Assembly: GCA_038087875.1 (NCBI GenBank)
Contig: CM075988.1
Span: 21,020,001 to 21,084,000 of the forward strand
DNA: 64,000 nt
Origin: Malacoraja senta
Taxonomy: Eukaryota
Direction of reading: 5' to 3'
Each line of letters starts with the position of its first letter. The stretch's first letter is position 1. The position numbers and the translations under genes were made by a program. The notes beneath the pieces are model-generated. The model ran no database searches and was not told the DNA's origin. It worked only from the letters and a program-made list of their open reading frames with translations. Shown here in pieces: positions 24,136 through 36,257 of this stretch.

Positions 24136-26174
24136 TATGCAACCAAAGATGCAGTCCATAGGAGATCAATGTTTACATTTATAGATCTTTACATTGTTAG
24201 ATCTCTTTTAAGGAAGCAATTCATATTCATTCACTGACATAGAGCTATTATCTGCAAAACATATGGTACTTTATTAGACTTGTTTTTATTTATTTATATT
24301 TTATATTTATTTGCAACATATTAAAATTCAAATGCACAAAATACACAAAGCCAATCCATCCAATCTTTTTCTGAAATCTATTTTGCATTTAACTAAGAAT
24401 ATATTTAATGTTTAAAACAACTCTAGCGAAATACATTACGATTTTAAATGCACATAATATCTGCTTAAAATCTGATTTGCACACAAATCTTGAGGACCCT
24501 GCATTAAAAACAATCACACACTTTTAGACTTCCCACTGCTGGAAGCTAGCTGGTAGAGGCAAGGCAAGGACTTTAATGACCAAGTGTTTGTGAAACATTA
24601 CTTATGCAGTAGAAATTAAAGGCCTCTTTTCCTGCAATTTGGATGAATGGAGCAGGTCTCGAATTCAAACTCAGCTGCTGTTTGGAAGACAACACTAATT
24701 AAATTTTCATGCCAAGTTTTTTGGCACATACAGAGCCCAAGGCTGGAACTGCACCACGATTCAGGCGCTGTGGGCTTACGAACGAGCTGAAACTGCGGGA
24801 CTACTGGGAAATTTCTAAGGAGACCCTGCCATCTTTTTAAAGCCGTTTACACAATTTTAAAGCTTCATGCAAATTGCAAATGGATAACCAAACCGTTTGC
24901 GCGTGCAGGGATGGGAAATGAAGTGGGACAATGGGCTGCCTGGTGAGTAGATGATGAGGCAAAGCGGCACTAATTGACACCCAAGAAATGCACCACTTGC
25001 ATTATTTTCTTTGCATTACTCCATTCTGGGGATTCTAAAGCTGGTACGCTCCGTAAACACTGTGCACACGCCCTCAGGATAGCAATCTCTGCCCAAGCAC
25101 TATTATGACAAAAATATACTCAAAGTACTTCTCTCCATTTTCTACTGTTGCCAAAACAAATCACAAGGAACCAAGCTGATTTCTTGCATTTTTAAACAAG
25201 CCCGGGAGAGTAATTTTCTTAAAACTGAAGAGGTTTCACGAGCTTCAAAGCGCAAATATAAAGGCATATAAGGCTTTAGACTCTAGATTTTGTAGATACA
25301 GCGCAGAAACAGGCCCTTCGGCTCACCAAGTCTCTGCCAACCAACGATCACCCCATACATTAGCACTATCCTACACACGCTAGGATTGACAGAAGCCAAG
25401 TGACCTACAAACCTGTACGTCTTTGGAGTGTGGGAGGAAACCGGAGCTCCCGGGGCTTTTGTTCCACGTAGACACTGAATGGACAGGCAGCCTTTCACAT
25501 CAGGACTCTTCATCTGGACTGAAAGAGTAGAGGGCAAGTAGCCAGTAAAAGAAAGAGGGTGGGGGGATAGGGGCGGGGGGGGGGGGGGGAATGGGGCTAA
25601 TAAGTAATAGGTGGATACAGGTGAGGAGGAGTTGATTATCAGATATAGGGCAGGTTGGGGGAGGGAAGGGTGGAGATAATGCCCCAGGTTGAGAGGTGAT
25701 GAGTGGAGAAGAAAAGGATGAAGATTCTGGAGTCAGATTGGAGAGGAAGGTGGAGCGTGGCATTGAATGAGAGGTGGTGGTAGATGGGGATGACAGAGAG
25801 AGGGGAGGAGGGAATGGCGGAGGGGAAGGGGATTTTTGGGTGGAAAGTGTTGGTGAAAGGGAGTAGAAACAGGATGATAAGGGTTTCGGGGTAAGGTGGG
25901 AAGAAGGGTTTGTGTGAGAGGACCTGGGTAATAGGAGGAGGCTCAGAAAGGTTCAGTCAGTCTACCCCACGACAGAAGGGGGGAGTAGTTGTGCAGTTTG
26001 ATAGCCACAGGGAAAAAGGATCTCCTGTGGCGTTCTGTGCTGCATCTTGGTGGAAGCAGTCTGTTGCTGAAGGTGCTCCTCAGGTTGACCAGTGTGTCAC
26101 GGAGGGGGTGAGCTGTATTGTCCAGGATGCTCCACAGTTTGAGGAGCATCCCCCCCCTCCAAGACCACCTCCCG

Positions 26175-27544
26175 GGCCTGGCCAAGCTGGCCATCTGCGA
26201 GTCACGGCGCCAGGCGGATGAGGGCTTCGCCCGAGCCAGATGCTTCACCCTTTACCGGGGTCACGTCCGCGCCCGGGTGGTGTTAGAGAGGAACATAGTT
26301 GTATAGTAGTTACTTTGTATATTTGTAACATAGATGTTTGGAATTTAGTGTCTGAGTAATTTGGTGATTTTGTAATATGATGTAGTGGGTGTCATATGAT
26401 GGTGGGTGTCATATGGTGGTGGGTGTCATATGGTGGTGGGTGTCATATGGTGGTGGGTGTCATATGATGGTGGGTGTCATATGGTGGTGGGTGTCATATG
26501 GTGGTGGGTGTCATATGGTGGTGGGTGTCATATGGTGGTGGGTGTCATATGGTGGTGGGTGTCATATGGTGGTGGGTGTCATATGGTGGTGGGTGTCATA
26601 TGGTGGTGGGTGTCATATGGTGGTGGGTGATATGATGGTGGGTGTCATATGGTGGTGGGTGTCATATGGTGGTGGGTGTCATATGGTGGTGGGTGTCATA
26701 TGGTGGTGGGTGTCATATGGTGGTGGGTGTCATATGGTGGTGGGTGTCATATGGTGGTGGGTGTCATATGGTGGTGGGTGTCATATGGTGGTGGGTGTCA
26801 TATGGTGGTGGGTGTCATATGGTGGTGGGTGTCATATGGTGGTGGGTGTCATATGGTGGTGGGTGTCATATGGTGGTGGGTGTCATATGGTGGTGGGTGT
26901 CATATGGTGGTGGGTGTCATATGGTGGTGGGTGTCATATGGTGGTGGGTGTCATATGGTGGTGGGTGTCATATGGTGGTGGGTGTCATATGGTGGTGGGT
27001 GTCATATGGTGGTGGGTGTCATATGGTGGTGGGTGTCATAAGGTGGTGGGTGTCATATGGTGGTGGGTCATATGGTGGTGGGTGTCATATGGTGTTGGGT
27101 GTCATATGGTGGTGGGTGTCATATGGTGGTGGGTGTCATATGGTGGTGGGTGTCATATGGTGGTGGGTGTCATATGGTGGTGGATGTCATATGGTGGTGG
27201 GTGTCATATGGTGGTGGGTGTCATATGGTGGTGGGTGTCATATGGTGGTGGGTGTCATATGGTGGTGGGTGTCATATGGTGGTGGGTGTCATATGGTGGT
27301 GGGTGTCATATGATGGTGGGTGTCATATGATGGTGGGTGTCATATGGTGGTGGGTGTCATGGTGGTGGGTGTCATATGGTGGGTGTCATATGGTGGTGGG
27401 TGTCATATGGTGGTGGGTGTCATATGGTGGTGGGTGTCATATGGTGGTGGGTGTCATATGGTGGTGGGTGTGTCACCACGGGTTGTTTTTTTTGGTTTTT
27501 GTATCGTGTTCGTAATCAAATAAATTATTTTTTGATGCAAAAAA
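26175..27544 (+). mobile_element. Tx1-like non-LTR retrotransposon 3' end containing a minisatellite
   Basis: GLAKLAICESRR..YRGHVRARVVLE (Tx1 ORF2 C-terminus-like), AATAAA and A-tail; 15-bp TSD CAAGAC(C/A)ACCTCCCG at 26160-26174 and 27545-27559. Confidence 0.8.
26385..27470. repeat. 17-bp minisatellite (TATGGTGGTGGGTGTCA)n, about 60-64 units
   Basis: Highly homogeneous array; source of the MVVGVIWWWVSYGGGCH ORFs. Confidence 0.97.
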
Positions 27545-28347
27545 CAAGACAACCTCCCGTGAATCCAACTCCGGCCCCCAGGACAGAGCCGGTCTTCCTG
27601 ATGAGCTTGTTGATCCTGTTAGCGTCCGCGGCCTTCGCCCTGCCGCCCCGGCACACGACAGCAAAGAAGATGGCACGTGGCATTTTACCCGATCTATTCC
27701 CCTCAAAAAACGTATACACCTCTCTAAAGATCACCTCTGGTCCTCCTGCGCTCCAAGGAACAACGTTTCAGCCTGCCCAACTTCTCCCTGCAGCTCAGGC
27801 GACATCCTCGTAAATCTTCCCTGCACTCTCTCCAGTTTAGTAACATCCTTGCTGTAGCAGGGCGACCAAAACTGAACGCAACGGCAGATTACCTGAAATC
27901 GGAGGAATCAATGTATACGCCTCGATCATACGCGACAGAGGTTCGTGACAAGTGTTCCGAAAGGTGATCTCTTACTCCCACGACCGCTTTGGCTGATAAT
28001 CAGCAGTTTGGATAATTGGAACATGAATAATAGATGTTCGGAATTGTCCCTCAATTAATCATTTGTGGTAAAGCTAATTGCAGCCTAAACAATACATCGA
28101 ACCAACAGATTTGTTCTTTGTGGTTTGTTTTGGACAATTATTTATCACCTTGCGTTAAAAAAAAAAAACGATTTCAACCTGATAAAGCTCTTGATCGTGG
28201 GAAGATGGAATGGAGGGCACCTCTAGAAGTGTGAGGTAATTAACCAGAACCGCTCTGATACCTGGAATCATTCATTCGCTTATGTCCCTGCTAACATTCT
28301 CCCAACAAATGATCATTAGTTCTACTTAAAGGACATAAATAGGAGTG

Positions 28348-28590
28348 CAGTAGACAAAAGTGCTGAAGAAACTCAGCGGGTGCAGCAGCATCTAAGGAGC
28401 GAAGGAAATAGGCAACGTTTCGGCCCGAAACCCTGAAGGAAATAGACAACGTTTCGGGTCCGAAACCCGGAAGGGTTTCGGCCCGAAACGTTGCCTATTT
28501 CCTTCGCTCCTTAGATGCTGCTGCACCCGCTGAGTTTCTCCAGCATTTTTGTCTACCTTCGATTTTCCAGCATCTGCATTTCCTTCTTAA
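28348..28590. mobile_element. Penelope-derived foldback element with 13-bp TSD
   Basis: Inverted arms; ATAAATAGGAGTG at 28335-28347 and 28591-28603. Confidence 0.8.
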
Positions 28591-29304
28591 ATAAATAGGA
28601 GTGTGACTAGGTCCATTTGCCTTCAAGCCTGTTCAAGCACCATGATTCAATACGATCCCAGTCAACTCTACTAGCCCTCCCTGATCCTCCTCATCCTTGG
28701 CCATAGATCTGTCTTCCTTGACCTTCAACGTGTTCAGTGCCTCCTCTCCACAGCTCTCTCATTTAGAGAATTCCAAAAAAATCCCCATAGAGGACATGTT
28801 TATAATCAGTGGCAAACCGCAGCTGCCGACCAACAGTCATGCTCGAGATGATGCTTGAAACAGGCATGTTCTAGAATGTGGCCTGATAAAGGGGCCCAAA
28901 ACTCTGGCAGTTGAGGCGGTTGGCGGAATGGATCGGTGAACGCAGAATAAAGGTGGGATCAGTATCAGCGAAACCAGTGCAAGAGTAAGAGGCCAACCCT
29001 GTAGATTAGAAAATAGACCCCCAATAAAACGAGATGGAATATGGTTTGAAAACACTATAAGGAAAGCAAGGTCATGTGTTGCTTGAGGTGATAAGTCAGT
29101 AGATATTGAGAGTGGCCGTGCGACATTTTAAATTTGGATTTGCCTTAAAAGATTCTCTAAAAGCAACCGATCCAAGAAAAGGTGTTTGTTTTTGCAGGGT
29201 TTATTCTGATAAGTCAAATTGTTGGAAGGTTCCCTCATTAACACTGGACGTAGTAGAGATGTGAAAGGTGAGTTTGTCTTCAAATGGCGGGCGAGCAAGA
29301 CTAA

Positions 29305-29646
29305 AGGGCCTGTCCCACTGTACGAGTTCATTCAAGAGCTCTCCCGAGTTTAAAAAAAATCAAACTCGTGGTAAGCACGTAGAATGTACGTAGCGGGTAC
29401 GTCGGAGCTCGGGACGTCTCTTAGCGGCTCGTAACGCTAACGGCAGGTACTCGAGAAACGCGGTAAGCTCATGAAGACTTGTGAGGATTTTTCAACATGT
29501 TCAACATTGAAAAATGTTGAACATGTTGAAAAATGTCCACGAAGGCCCCGAGTACCCACGAGCGGCTATTACCATAATTCTCCGAGTTCGAATCAGGGGA
29601 AACTCAGGAGAACTCTTGAATTAGCTCGTACAGTGGGACAGCCCCA
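29305..29646. mobile_element. Harbinger-type MITE subfamily A, complete, opposite orientation to 1654-1970
   Basis: TIRs AGGGCCTGTCCCACTG / CAGTGGGACAGCCCCA; TAA TSD at 29302-29304 and 29647-29649. Confidence 0.9.
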
Positions 29647-30371
29647 TAAGAATCACATTTGTTTGCAACCTGACAATATAATGATTGATTTAACATCATC
29701 AAATCACATTTTAAATGCTTTTTGGAAAGTGTGCCCTCAGAAATATTTTATCAAATCTGTGTCCTCAGAGATATTTTGGCAAATTCTGAAATAATATCCA
29801 TTGGTTATCATTTAACACCAGAGGAAGGTAATAGTTAAGTTATTTAACGTCAGTCTTTAGGAACAAAGTTAAAGAAAATATTCAAGGATTAGTGTCATAG
29901 ACTCACACAACATGGAAACAGGCCCTTGGCCCCAACTTGCCAACACCCATCTACACTAGCCCCACCCAAATGTGTTTTGCCCATATCCCACTAAACCTGT
30001 CCTATCCATTTACCTGTCTAAATTATTCATTTTTTTTCTCTTTTTTTTAATTTATTTTTGTTAGAAGTAAGTACAATAATGTGGTAATTTAATTTAATAA
30101 TAAAGCAGTTTCTTAAATGTTGCGATAGTGCCTGCCTCAACTACCTCCTCAGGGCAGCTCGTTCCATACACCCGCCTTTGTGTGAGAAAGTTACCTCTCA
30201 GATTCCTATTACATCTTCCCCCCCCCCACCCCCCCCCCCCCCCCCCCCCCCCCCGTCACCTTAAACCTATGTCCTCTGGAATCGATCGATTTTGAAAGTT
30301 TGGGGAATTAGGTGTGAGTTCTATGTTAACATTAATTCTTATTATTTATTAATAAGAAATATTCATATTAA

Positions 30372-31035
30372 CAGCTGAGGCTGTATAAGGCGCTCGTCAG
30401 GCCATATTTAGAGTATTGTGAGCAATATTGGGCAGCTTACCTGAGGAAGGATGTGCTGGCTCGGGAGAGTGTCCAGAAGAGGTTTACAAGAATGATCCCA
30501 GGAAATGAGTGGGTTAACATACGATGAGCGTTTGTCGGCACTGGGCCTGTACTCACTGGAGTTTAGAAGGATGAGGGGGGGGCCCTCATTGAAACTTACC
30601 GAATAGTGAAAGGCCTGGATAGAGAGGATGTGGAGAGGATGTTTCCACTAGTGGAAGAGTCTAGGACCGGAGGTCGTAGCCTCAGAATTAAAGGACATGC
30701 CTTTAGGAAGGAGATGAGGAGGAACTTCTTTAGTCAGAGGGTGGTGAATCTGTGGAATTTATTGCCACAGAAGGCTGTGGAGGCCAAGCCAATGGATATT
30801 TTTAAGGCAGAAATAGATAGATTCTTGATTAGTATGGGTGTCAGGGGTTAGGGGGATAAGGCAAGAGAATGGGGTTAGGAGGGAGAGATAAGATCAGCCA
30901 TGATTGAATGATTGAATTCCGCCATGATTGGCCTAATGAGGCCATGATCAGCCATGATTGGTATGAGTGACTATTCCAAGTCATTGGTAAACTTGATGGG
31001 CCAAATGGCCTAATTCTGCTCCTATCAATTATGAA
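30372..31035 (+). mobile_element. CR1-type LINE 3' fragment
   Basis: LYKALVRPYLEYC..FFSQRVVNLWNLLPQKAVEA. Confidence 0.85.
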
Positions 31036-31334
31036 CATATGTCATTCTATCCAAAACAATACACTAGGTTGTGCTGAGAATGAAGCATTCTAGAAAGATA
31101 GACATAGACATAGAAACATATCTAATTTACTCATGATGGTATTGAGGACGGAGATATCAGTAGATGCGTCATCTAGAAGAGGGCAAATTAAATTTAGCCA
31201 AATAGGTGGCTGCTAGCCAAAATCAATAACGTGAGCAATTAGAAGTCCAACTCTCTGTTCATTGCTGAATACAGCATGGAATTAGAATGTAAAACACCTG
31301 CTTCTTCCTGATGCTACTGCAAGTAGAATTTAGT

Positions 31335-31660
31335 ATAGTTTAGTTTAGTTTAGAGATATAGCGTGGAAACAGGCCCTTCAGCCCACCGAGCCCGCACCGA
31401 CCAGCGATCCCCGCACATTCACACTGTCCTACACACACTGGGGACAATGTTTACATTTATACCAAGACAATTAGCCTACAAACCTGCTCGTCTTTGTAGT
31501 GTGGGGAGGAAACCGAAGTTCATGGAGAAAACCCACGTGGGTCACGGGGAGAACGTACAAACTCCGTGCAGACAGCACCCATGGTCGGGATCGAACCCGT
31601 GCCTCTGGCGCTGTAAGCGCTGTAAGGCAGGATCTCTACCGCTGCACCATTGGGCCGCCC
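31335..31660 (-). mobile_element. HE1-type SINE
   Basis: Full reverse-complement copy with (tttag)n tail. Confidence 0.85.
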
Positions 31661-31901
31661 TTTATTCTAAAATCTGCATTTTAGCTAGGTAAACCTATGC
31701 AACCATTGGAGGTATGGAACCTTCGAGTATAACACAGTGCTAAATTATATTTGACGTGCCCTTCTGCTCCAAGCGGCACAATGGTAGAATTGGACTACGT
31801 TAGAGACTCACTGGAGGATTTTTTTTTTGTCACGTCAATACTCTAGAATCGATTCAGTGCATCAGAGACTGGGAAGTCCAAGCAACCCTGAGCACAGGCT
31901 G

Positions 31902-32024
31902 ATGACAAAGACCTCGGAGAATCACAAGGATGAAGCAGTGGCAACCTACCTGTGCTGGTCCATTTTCACCACCGCCTTTTGCTGTTTCCCCTTCGGAATA
32001 GCTGCAGTGGTTTATTCCCGCAAG
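31902..32024 (+). CDS. CD225/dispanin gene 2, CD225 exon (start may lie in an upstream exon via the acceptor at 31846; terminal exon not located)
   Basis: MTKTSENHKDEAVATYLCWSIFTTAFCCFPFGIAAVVYSRK, phase-0 donor AAG|GTTAGT; 15/27 identity to the gene 1 core. Confidence 0.87.
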
Positions 32025-32103
32025 GTTAGTTCTGGACTTAAATGAGTTCTGTTAAGCTTCCGAAAGGTATATTACTGAGATCAAGAACGCAGAACGTTCA
32101 ATG

Positions 32104-32697
32104 ACAATAGACAATAGACAATAGACAATAGGTGCAGGAGTAGGCCTTTCGGCCCTTCGAGCAGCACCGCCATTCAATGTGTTCATGGCTGATCATCCCC
32201 AATCAGTACCCCGTTCCTGCCTTTTCCCCATATCCCCTGACTCCACTATCTTTAAGAGCCCTATCCAGCTCTCTCTTGAAAGCATCCAGAGAACCGGCCT
32301 CCACCGCCCTCTGAGGCAGAGAATTCCACAGACTCACAACTCTCTGTGAGAAAAAGTGTTTCCTCGTCTCCGTTCTAAATGGCTTACCCCTTATTCTTAA
32401 ACTGTGGCCCCTGGTTCTGGACTCCCCCAACATCGGGAACATGTTTCCTGCCTCCAGCGTGTCCAAACCCTTAACAATCTTATATGCTTCAATGAGATGC
32501 CCTCTCATCCTTCTAAACTCCAGAGTATACAAGCCCAGCTACTCCATTCTCTCAGCATATGACAGTCCCGCCATCCTGGGAATGAACCTTGTAAACCTAT
32601 GCTGCACTCCCTCAATAGCAAGAATGTCCTTCCTCAAATTAGGGGACCAGAACTGCACACAATACTCCAGGTGTGGTCTCACTAGGGTTCTGTACAA
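32104..32697 (-). mobile_element. CR1/HER1-type LINE 3' fragment in gene 2 intron
   Basis: ORF 32203-32532 is the RT C-terminus; (gacaata)n tail. Confidence 0.92.
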
Positions 32698-32759
32698 CGA
32701 AACGTGGAATATATTTTAACCTGCACTTCAATCCATCGAGATTTAAAGGAAAGCTATGT

Positions 32760-33490
32760 GGGGTGGCATTAGAGTTGCTGCCTTACAGCGCCAGAGACCC
32801 GGGTTTGATGCTGCCTGTACAGAGTTCGTACATTCGCCCCGTGACCTGCGTGGGTTTCCTCCGGGAGTTCCGGTTTCCTCCCACATTCCACAGGTTTGTA
32901 GGTTAATTGGCTTGGTGAAATTGTAAACTTGTCCCTGGTGCGTGCAGGATAGTGTTAGTGCATGTGGATCGCTGGTTGGCGCGGACACGGTGGGCCGAAG
33001 GGTTTGTTTCTGCTATGTATCTATAAACTAAACTGCGCTATGTTTAAGAAAGCTAAAGTGAGGGGGGGGGGGGGTAAAGTTTTAATACAAACCTGAGGGG
33101 CAACTTTTTCACACAAGGGGGTGGTGGTGGGTATATGCAATGGAGCTGTCAGAGGAGGTAGTTGAGGCATGGATAGGAAAGACAGAGGGATAGTGATAGG
33201 GCGGCAAGGTAGCGCAGCGGTGGAGTTTCTGCCTTACAGCGCCAGAGACCTGGGCTCGATCCTGACTACGGATGCTGTCTGTACAGAGTTTGTACGTTCT
33301 CCCCGTGACCATGTAGGTTTCCTCCGCGTGCTCTGGCTTCCTCACACATTCCAAAGACGTACTGTAGATTTGTGGGCTAATTGCCTTTGGTAAATTGCCC
33401 CTAGTGTGTAGGATAGAACTAATGCATGGGGATCGCTGGTTGGCGCCACTTGGTGGGCCGAAGAGCCTGTGTCCGTGCAATATATCTAAA
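32760..33490 (+). mobile_element. Two HE1-type SINEs (32760-33034, 33198-33490) with intervening CR1 fragment
   Basis: SINE heads, cores and tails. Confidence 0.8.
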
Positions 33491-34029
33491 GCAAAGATAT
33501 CTAGTATCTTTGATCTAAAGTCTAAAGGATATTGCCCAAAATGCAGGCAAATGGGATTAGTTTAGATTGGGCATCTCGGTTGACATGGACGAACTGGGTC
33601 AAAAGGCCTGTTTCTGTGCTGTGTAACTTTCTGCCAACAATATGCTGTAGGTAACTTGGGTTTCTGGGATCCGTCTAATGGAATTATTCATCGTTCCACT
33701 ATGCTGCAAGACAGATGTGCAAACTGTTGACTGTTAATTCAGCTGTTTACAATGTTCTGCAAGTTGCAATAGCTAATCATAGTTGCGATTATAATTGTTC
33801 CACTTCGACAAAGAGAAAATTACAGAAGGAAAATAACCCAGCCTAGCATTGCTGATGAGTAAAGTTGGAGGCATGCGGACTTGTGGAGACGGCTGGATCT
33901 CAGCAGCGCTTGTTAGAGTTGGTAGATTGCTGTGCGGCAATATTTATCTCCTTCAGAACCACTCTTAATGAAAATCAAAGGGAATACGTTTGAAATGCGT
34001 CCACAATCTGGATCTCTCCACCTCTTTAT

Positions 34030-34352
34030 TTTTGTTTAGTTTAGAGATACAGCTCGGAAACAGGACCTTCGGCCCATCAAGTCCACACCAACCAGCGATC
34101 CCCGCAGATTAACATTATCCTACACACAGTAGGAACATTTTTTTAACGTTTACACCAAGTCAATTAACCTGCAAAACCTGCACGTCTTTGGAGTGTGGGA
34201 GGAAACCGAAGTTCTCGGAGAAACCCCACGCAGGTCACGGGTAGAACGTACAAACTCCGTAGAGACAAGCACCCGTAGCCGGGATCGAACACGGGTCTCT
34301 GTCGTTGGTAAGCGCTGTAAGGCAGCAAATCTCCCGCGGCGCCACCGTGCTG
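34030..34352 (-). mobile_element. HE1-type SINE
   Basis: Reverse-complement full copy. Confidence 0.85.
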
Positions 34353-34988
34353 CACTTTATACTAAAACCTGCATTTTAACAAGGTTAACCCAACCCATCC
34401 GCTGGAGCTATCAATACAATACAATACAATATTTATTCCATGTCATTTGAACCTCAGTGAGGCTCAAACGAAACTCCGTTTCCACAGCCATACAAACAAA
34501 ACAATTCCTACACGACGCACAAACAATTCAATTTACAGAAAAACACCCATCACAGTGAATCTCCTCCTCACTGTGATGGAAGGCAAAGTCTTTTCTCTCC
34601 CCTGCACCATTTTTCTCCCGATGTTGAAGCCCCAGGCGGGCGATGGTAAGTCCCACGGCCATTCAAGGCCGCGCCGGGCGATGTGCGGCCCCGCTCCAGG
34701 TCCAAATGTCACAAAGTTGGAGCCCCCGGCAGGCGCTGGATGGAGCCCGCCGGGCTATCTGGCATCTCTGAAGGAGATTAATGTTCTGGCCACAGTTTTT
34801 TGGTGTCACTGGACCACCTTCTCAAAGCAACAACGAGACGTGGACATAACTGGCTGTAGCTCTGCGGTATCCAAGGCACAAGGACTGACTGGAATACTAA
34901 TCACAGCATCAATGAGAAAAACAACTTGCCCTCAGCACAAAGGCGCTGGCCCAGGCAGCTCCGCACAGTTTAGTTGTTGGCCGCTATG

Positions 34989-35038
<50 letters not shown>

Positions 35039-35067
35039 CAAGATTCCCATGAATCTTATGCATGACT

Positions 35068-35219
35068 AGCTTACAACCCAGCGGCATGAACATTGAATTC
35101 TCCAATTTAAAATAATGCCTCCCCTTCCCCCATCTCACTTCACCCTCCCCCAGCACCCTCCCATTTTTCCATTATCCCATTCCTCCACCACCCCCCCCCA
35201 TTCCTCCCAATAGACCGGG
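35068..35219 (+). mobile_element. Penelope-like element GIY-YIG C-terminal remnant running into the gap
   Basis: SLQPSGMNIEFSNLK* (35068-35115), the typical PLE endonuclease C-terminus, then a polypyrimidine tract. Confidence 0.7.
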
Positions 35220-35419
35220 NNNNNNNNNNNNNNNNNNNNNNNNNNNNNNNNNNNNNNNNNNNNNNNNNNNNNNNNNNNNNNNNNNNNNNNNNNNNNNNNN
35301 NNNNNNNNNNNNNNNNNNNNNNNNNNNNNNNNNNNNNNNNNNNNNNNNNNNNNNNNNNNNNNNNNNNNNNNNNNNNNNNNNNNNNNNNNNNNNNNNNNNN
35401 NNNNNNNNNNNNNNNNNNN
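35220..35419. other. Assembly gap (200 N)
   Basis: Run of N. Confidence 1.
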
Positions 35420-35613
35420 GGATTATATCACAGATAAATAAATAAAATACACTTTCAATCTCTTTACAAGGCAGTGTTGAGGCCTGTGAATGAGTTTTGT
35501 CCGGAGGTTTTGAGTTTGATTTTCTGCTCAGTCAAGCAGCTATTTCAGTGCGGCTGCCTCATCATTGTGGTGGAGCACACAGGATCACTTTCTTCATTGC
35601 ACGTTCCACATGA

Positions 35614-35912
35614 AGGCGGCACAGTGGCGCAGCGGTAGAGTTGCTGCCTCACAGCACCAGGGACCCGGGTTCGATTCTGACTACGGGTGCTGTCTGTGCG
35701 GAGTTTACACGTTCTCCCTGTGACTGCGTGGGTTTTCTCTGGGTGCTCTGGTTTCCTCCCACATTCCAAAGACGCACAGGTTAGTAGGTTAATTGGCTTG
35801 GTAAAAATGTAAATTGTCCCTAGTGTGTGTAGGATCGTGTTAGTGTGCGAGCTGATCGCTGGTCGGCGCGGACTCGGTGGGCCGAAGGCCTGTTTCTCTA
35901 AAGTCTAAAGTA
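35614..35912 (+). mobile_element. HE1-type SINE
   Basis: Full copy. Confidence 0.87.
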
Positions 35913-36257
35913 AATAAATGCTTTTTAATGCCAAACAATGTTCAGTAACATCACATTTTGGGCGGTGTTGGTTCATGCCAGCTTTCAGCTTTCAGCTTGG
36001 CTATCGGAGGATAGTTTAGGCAAACAATGACCCGTGGCCACGTGCCAGATGGCAGTCTGTGCCCAGAGGCCACAACGAGCCTTGGCCAACCTGCAGCAAG
36101 AGTCTGCACTTCAAGTAGAAGATCGACACACCACACACTGCAGATGCTGGAATCGCGAGCAAAACACAAAGTGCTGGAGGAACTCAACAGGTCAGGCAGC
36201 ATCTGCGGAGGGAATGGACATGAGACCGACCTGACCTGCACCCTTCTTCAGACTAAT

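Larger units (their letters stand above)
25950..27680 (-). mobile_element. Rex1/Babar-like LINE fragment split by a Tx1 insertion
   Basis: AIFFAVVC..RINKLIRKTGSVLG (27545-27680) continues as ..KLWSILDNTAHPL..RCSTERHRRSFFPVAIKLHN (25950-26174). Confidence 0.8.

Noticed and set aside
26389..27515. Long Trp/Gly/Val repeat ORFs; CRISPR-like appearance
   Set aside because: Pure 17-bp tandem array with no spacers, in a eukaryotic retroelement UTR
33700..33862. Hydrophobic LIIVAIIIVPLR stretch as gene 2 exon 2
   Set aside because: Needs a frameshift, has in-frame stops upstream, and lacks a suitable acceptor and loop motif
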